Source: Pedobacter sp.
Lineage (GTDB): Bacteria; Bacteroidota; Bacteroidia; Sphingobacteriales; Sphingobacteriaceae
Assembly (NCBI GenBank): GCA_004210715.1
Contig: SEDB01000010.1
Coordinates: forward strand, 655 to 64,654
Reading direction: 5' to 3'
Length of the DNA stretch: 64,000 bases
Part shown: piece after piece, positions 60,039 to 64,000 of the stretch
Layout: each line of letters starts with the position of its first letter
Position numbering within the stretch: the stretch's first letter is position 1
Program-made: the position numbers and the translations under genes
Notes under the pieces: generated by a model
Databases searched by the model: none
What the model was told of the DNA's origin: nothing
Seen by the model: the letters and a program-made list of their open reading frames with translations, nothing else

Positions 60039-63000
60039 ATGATAAATAAATACTTATGTTTTTGTTATAAGTGGCTAAAAAAGGATTTCAAGCCGATAAC
60101 ATTCTTTTGCTGCTTGCTCATTCCTTTTTCGTTACATGCGCAGAACAAAATAATAAGAGGAACTGTTTCAGATGCCAAGACGGGCGAAACTTTAGTAGGA
60201 GTCGTGATTAAGGTTCAAAATACAGCTAATGCGGTCGCGACAGACGCAAAAGGTAATTTTCAAATACAAGTTGGACCGAATGCAACCTTGCAAATCTCTT
60301 ATGTCGGCTACGATACCCAAACTATCGAGCTATTAAACCAAAATAATCTGGTTATCAAATTGATTGCCAATTCATATGAATTGAATGACGTGGTCGTAAT
60401 AGGTTACGGAACAGCGAAAAAAAGCGATTTAACTGGTGCCATTACGCAGTTGAAACCGGATAAAATTGCTGATGAAAATCCCCGGACAGTGCAAGATATC
60501 TTGAGAGGTACTCCAGGGTTGACTATCGGGCTGGACGCTTCTGCTAAAAACGGAGGTACGATCAATATACGTGGACAACGCTCAGTTTACACTGCATCTA
60601 GCCATAACTCCCCATTGCTAATACTCGATGGGATGATATTTTATGGCGAGCTATCGGAAATCAATCCAGATGATATAGAGCAGATAGATGTGCTAAAAGA
60701 TGCATCGGCGGCCGCAGTCTATGGTGCGCAGTCTGCGAATGGAGTGATCATCGTGAGTACCAAGAAAGGGAAGAAGGGAAAACCGCAAATTAATTTAACT
60801 TCAAATTTTGCCATTTCTACGATGGGGGCAAACCGGCCGGTATGGGGACCAGATGCATATTTAAAGTACAGAGAGGATTGGTATAAATCAGCTACCTATG
60901 GTGTAAATCCGGCAACAGGTAATTATGAGGCTTACACAATTGGTACCGATGCTGCAGGCAAACCAGGGTTCTATGAAAGCCCTAATGCAGAAATGCTTTC
61001 CAAGTATGGAATTACAGAATCTACATGGCGCTCATATTCAGTAAACGTAGCCGGGGCGTCTGATCGGGAAATTTATGCCAAACGTATAGGTTTAGATCAT
61101 AATGTGCTGTCTAATTATTTATCTGGAAAGACATTTGATTGGTATAACCATAGTTTTCGTAATGGATTCAATCAGGATTATAACCTAAGCGTTTCTGGTG
61201 CAAGCGATAAAATCAACTATTACATGTCTGCCGGATATCTAAGTAACCAAGGGGTAATTGTCGGTGATAATTATAGGGCAATACGATCTAATTTAAAAGT
61301 GGAAGGGATCGTAACGAACTGGCTCACAATTGGTGCCAACATCAATTTCCAGGACCGTTCGGATGGAAATATCGCTACAGATTGGGGGTCGGCCATTATT
61401 TTCAATAGTCCATTTGCTTCATATCGTGATAGTAACGGAAATTTGGAGGTCTTCCCGCAGGGTGCCGGGTTAACTGGAACCGTAAGAGGCTATAACTATG
61501 ATTTCAACAGACAGTTTCAGGATTTAGAAAGTGGTTATACGGTCTTGAATTCAATTTTCAACGCAAAAGTAAAGCTGCCATTTAATATCAACTACTCTTT
61601 TAATGCCGCACCACGTTACCAATTCTATTATAGAAGATATTTTGCCTCATCGGCACATCCTAGTTGGAGCCCGCTATCAAATAGCGCAGGCGTGGAACGG
61701 GAAAATAGCAGAAACTTTGACTGGTCTATCAATAATACAATCAATTGGGAAAAAACTTTTGCTCAAAAGCATCGCGTGAATGTGACCTTGGTGCAAGAAG
61801 CAGAAGAGCGTAAGTCGTGGTGGGATGTCATAAGAGCGAGAAATATAACACCCACAGACGGCTTAGGGTTTCATGAAACAAGTGGGGGGGATCGCTTATT
61901 AAGTGAATTTGATTCTAGCGATAGCCGTCAAACTGCAGATGGTCTCTTAGGACGATTATTCTATTCCTATGATGATAGGTACATGTTTACCGGTTCTGTT
62001 CGACGCGATGGCTATTCAGCATTCGGGACATCAAATCCACGGGCTACTTTTCTATCTGCAGCGATTGCCTGGACGTTTACCAACGAAAAGTTTTTCAAAT
62101 GGAAACCGCTTAGCAATGGTAAATTGCGATTATCCTATGGCCAGAACGGGAACCGCTCCCTTGAAAATCCTTACATCGCACTAGCGAACTTAGCCAATGG
62201 CGTAGGTACACAAGGGTATATTAATGCAAATGGCGATTATGTTCAGTTTCAGTACCTGAGAATAGATAGAATGGCCAACTCGGGTTTGGAATGGGAGAAA
62301 ACAGCATCTTTTAACATAGGATTGGATCTTGGTTTCCTCGAAAATCGATTGTCTACCAGCGTAGATTATTTTCAAATGTCTACCACAGATATGGTCATGA
62401 ACCAGTCTCTGCCAGGTTTTTCGGGATTTACGAGTATCACCACCAATCTCGGTGAGGTACAGAACAGCGGTTTGGAGATATCTATAAATTCGCAAAATAT
62501 CGTTAGTGATATTTTTAAATGGAGTACCACCTTAGGTTTTTCTAGGTATAATAATAAAATCAAGCATCTTTATAACAGATATGAAGATATTCTGGACGCT
62601 ACTGGAAATGTAGTTTCCAGTAAAGAAGTGGATGACATAGCAAATGGTTGGTTTATAGGACAACCCATAAGCGCAATCTGGAACTATAAAATAACAGGCA
62701 TTTGGCAGGTAAATGAATTGTCTGAAGCTGCAAAATATGGGCAGCGACCTGGAGATCCTAAAGTCGCCAACAACTACACAGGTGACGATATCCGGAATGC
62801 AGACGGAAGTTTCACCCCTGTATATAATAATAACGATAAGGAGTTTCTGGGACAAACACAAGCGCCTGTGATGTGGTCGCTGAGAAATGATTTCAGCTAC
62901 AAAAATTTTAATTTTTCTTTCAATATCTATTCTTACTGGGGGCACAAGAGCCTGAATGGCGCTTACTTAAATCAGGATAACGGTACCTCTACCATTAGTC

Positions 63001-63329
63001 AGGGTTTGGCCAACACGTATGATAAGCCTTACTGGACAACTGAAAATCCCAGTGAATTTTGGGGAAGATTGGAGTCAAAAGGCCCGGCTGGTGTAAATTC
63101 CCCTCAAAGGATATTTGATAGGTCATTTGTCAGGTTAGATAATGTGAGTTTAGGCTACACGCTGCCGTCCAAACTCACATCAGCTTACCATATTCAAAAG
63201 TTAAAGATATTCGGCTCAATACGAAATGCGCTGGTTTGGAACAAAGATAAAAACTGGCGCTACTGGGATATTGAAACTGGTCAGATGGCCCCGCGTATCT
63301 TTAGTATCGGCTTAAATGTAAACTTCTAA
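60039..63329 (+). CDS. susC: SusC/RagA TonB-dependent transporter
   Basis: VVVIGYG, DIEQIDVLKDASAAAVYG..SANGVI..TKKG, C-terminal F. Confidence 0.96.
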   Translation: MINKYLCFCYKWLKKDFKPITFFCCLLIPFSLHAQNKIIRGTVSDAKTGETLVGVVIKVQNTANAVATDAKGNFQIQVGPNATLQISYVGYDTQTIELLNQNNLVIKLIANSYELNDVVVIGYGTAKKSDLTGAITQLKPDKIADENPRTVQDILRGTPGLTIGLDASAKNGGTINIRGQRSVYTASSHNSPLLILDGMIFYGELSEINPDDIEQIDVLKDASAAAVYGAQSANGVIIVSTKKGKKGKPQINLTSNFAISTMGANRPVWGPDAYLKYREDWYKSATYGVNPATGNYEAYTIGTDAAGKPGFYESPNAEMLSKYGITESTWRSYSVNVAGASDREIYAKRIGLDHNVLSNYLSGKTFDWYNHSFRNGFNQDYNLSVSGASDKINYYMSAGYLSNQGVIVGDNYRAIRSNLKVEGIVTNWLTIGANINFQDRSDGNIATDWGSAIIFNSPFASYRDSNGNLEVFPQGAGLTGTVRGYNYDFNRQFQDLESGYTVLNSIFNAKVKLPFNINYSFNAAPRYQFYYRRYFASSAHPSWSPLSNSAGVERENSRNFDWSINNTINWEKTFAQKHRVNVTLVQEAEERKSWWDVIRARNITPTDGLGFHETSGGDRLLSEFDSSDSRQTADGLLGRLFYSYDDRYMFTGSVRRDGYSAFGTSNPRATFLSAAIAWTFTNEKFFKWKPLSNGKLRLSYGQNGNRSLENPYIALANLANGVGTQGYINANGDYVQFQYLRIDRMANSGLEWEKTASFNIGLDLGFLENRLSTSVDYFQMSTTDMVMNQSLPGFSGFTSITTNLGEVQNSGLEISINSQNIVSDIFKWSTTLGFSRYNNKIKHLYNRYEDILDATGNVVSSKEVDDIANGWFIGQPISAIWNYKITGIWQVNELSEAAKYGQRPGDPKVANNYTGDDIRNADGSFTPVYNNNDKEFLGQTQAPVMWSLRNDFSYKNFNFSFNIYSYWGHKSLNGAYLNQDNGTSTISQGLANTYDKPYWTTENPSEFWGRLESKGPAGVNSPQRIFDRSFVRLDNVSLGYTLPSKLTSAYHIQKLKIFGSIRNALVWNKDKNWRYWDIETGQMAPRIFSIGLNVNF

Positions 63330-63339
63330 ATGCTAAAAT

Positions 63340-64000
63340 ATGAAAGCAAATTATATATATAAATCTCTACTGCTATTGAACATTGTAGCATCGGTGTCAC
63401 TATTTTCTGGGTGCAAAAGAGAATTTCTGAAGCCAGACCCACTCTCTTTTTATGAACCGGAATTAACTTTCTCCTCACGTTCAGGACTGGATGCCACCAT
63501 TGCATTGTCTGATCGTCACTTGCGGGCATATTGGAGCCATCTGACCACCAGAGATATATCGACGCCCATTGGAACTGAGTATATGTTATCTGATATCGGC
63601 GTATCTGCCAAAACGGATGATGGTAATATCTTCGCTGATGTAGCGACGAGGCTGACGCCTCTAGACGGGATGTTCGACAATGATGTCAATATGATTTCCT
63701 ATTTTTGGGGCGAAACCTATAATGGAATTAAATATGCCAATACCATTACCAGTTTCATAGACAAAGTTCCTGGTTTGGATGAAGCCACCAAACAAGAGTA
63801 TCTGGGCAGAGCCTATTTCCATCGTTCTTTCCGCTACTTGGCACTATGTTTTCAATATGGCGACATTCCCCTGGTTACGAAAATTCTCACTGTTCCTAAA
63901 CAAAATTATAAGACCACCGGCCGGCAGGCCATACTCGAGATGATTACTGCAGACATGGAAAATGCTGTGAAATGGGTTCCTGAGCAGTCAAAAATGGCTT
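63340..64000 (+). CDS. susD: SusD/RagB lipoprotein, runs off the window; missing from ORF track
   Basis: MKANYIYKSLLLLNIVASVSLFSGC lipobox, GRAYFHRSFRY, YGDIP. Confidence 0.9.
   Translation, partial: MKANYIYKSLLLLNIVASVSLFSGCKREFLKPDPLSFYEPELTFSSRSGLDATIALSDRHLRAYWSHLTTRDISTPIGTEYMLSDIGVSAKTDDGNIFADVATRLTPLDGMFDNDVNMISYFWGETYNGIKYANTITSFIDKVPGLDEATKQEYLGRAYFHRSFRYLALCFQYGDIPLVTKILTVPKQNYKTTGRQAILEMITADMENAVKWVPEQSKMA

Noticed and set aside
1-64000. CRISPR arrays, tRNA/rRNA, integrase, retron/RT or known defence systems; many short antisense ORFs nested in large genes
   Set aside because: No spaced repeats, RNA-gene signatures or diagnostic motifs seen by eye; the nested ORFs are antisense or alternate-frame shadows.

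Overview
AT-rich Bacteroidota DNA, most consistent with Sphingobacteriaceae (Pedobacter-like). This is inferred from SusC/SusD pairs, TAnnTTTG promoters and gene families; no database search was run. Layout: (1) 1-6.3 kb, a DNA-damage/mutagenesis island (RadC/JAB, umuD-like, umuC-like, SRAP, methyltransferase, AlkB) with a CTAA-N5-TTAG SOS-type box inside a consensus promoter. (2) 7.2-22.2 kb, an IclR-associated uronic-acid/rhamnose polysaccharide utilization locus (PUL). (3) 22.3-27.5 kb, a patchwork of accessory genes, pseudogenes and a candidate sRNA. (4) 27.6-45.1 kb, a GntR-associated alpha-mannan-type PUL whose SusC and SusD are broken by internal deletions. (5) 45.7-49.3 kb, Crp, AraC and a TetX-family monooxygenase. 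(6) 49.6-64 kb, a PUL with a split hybrid two-component system and a four-copy operator motif. Most notable: a UmuD homolog lacking both catalytic residues, a fold-back hairpin upstream of radC that could act as an ssDNA promoter, a SusD with an inserted beta-repeat domain fused to a DUF5017-like protein, and several operator or sRNA motifs read directly from the sequence. I saw no rRNA, tRNA, CRISPR array or intact transposase.
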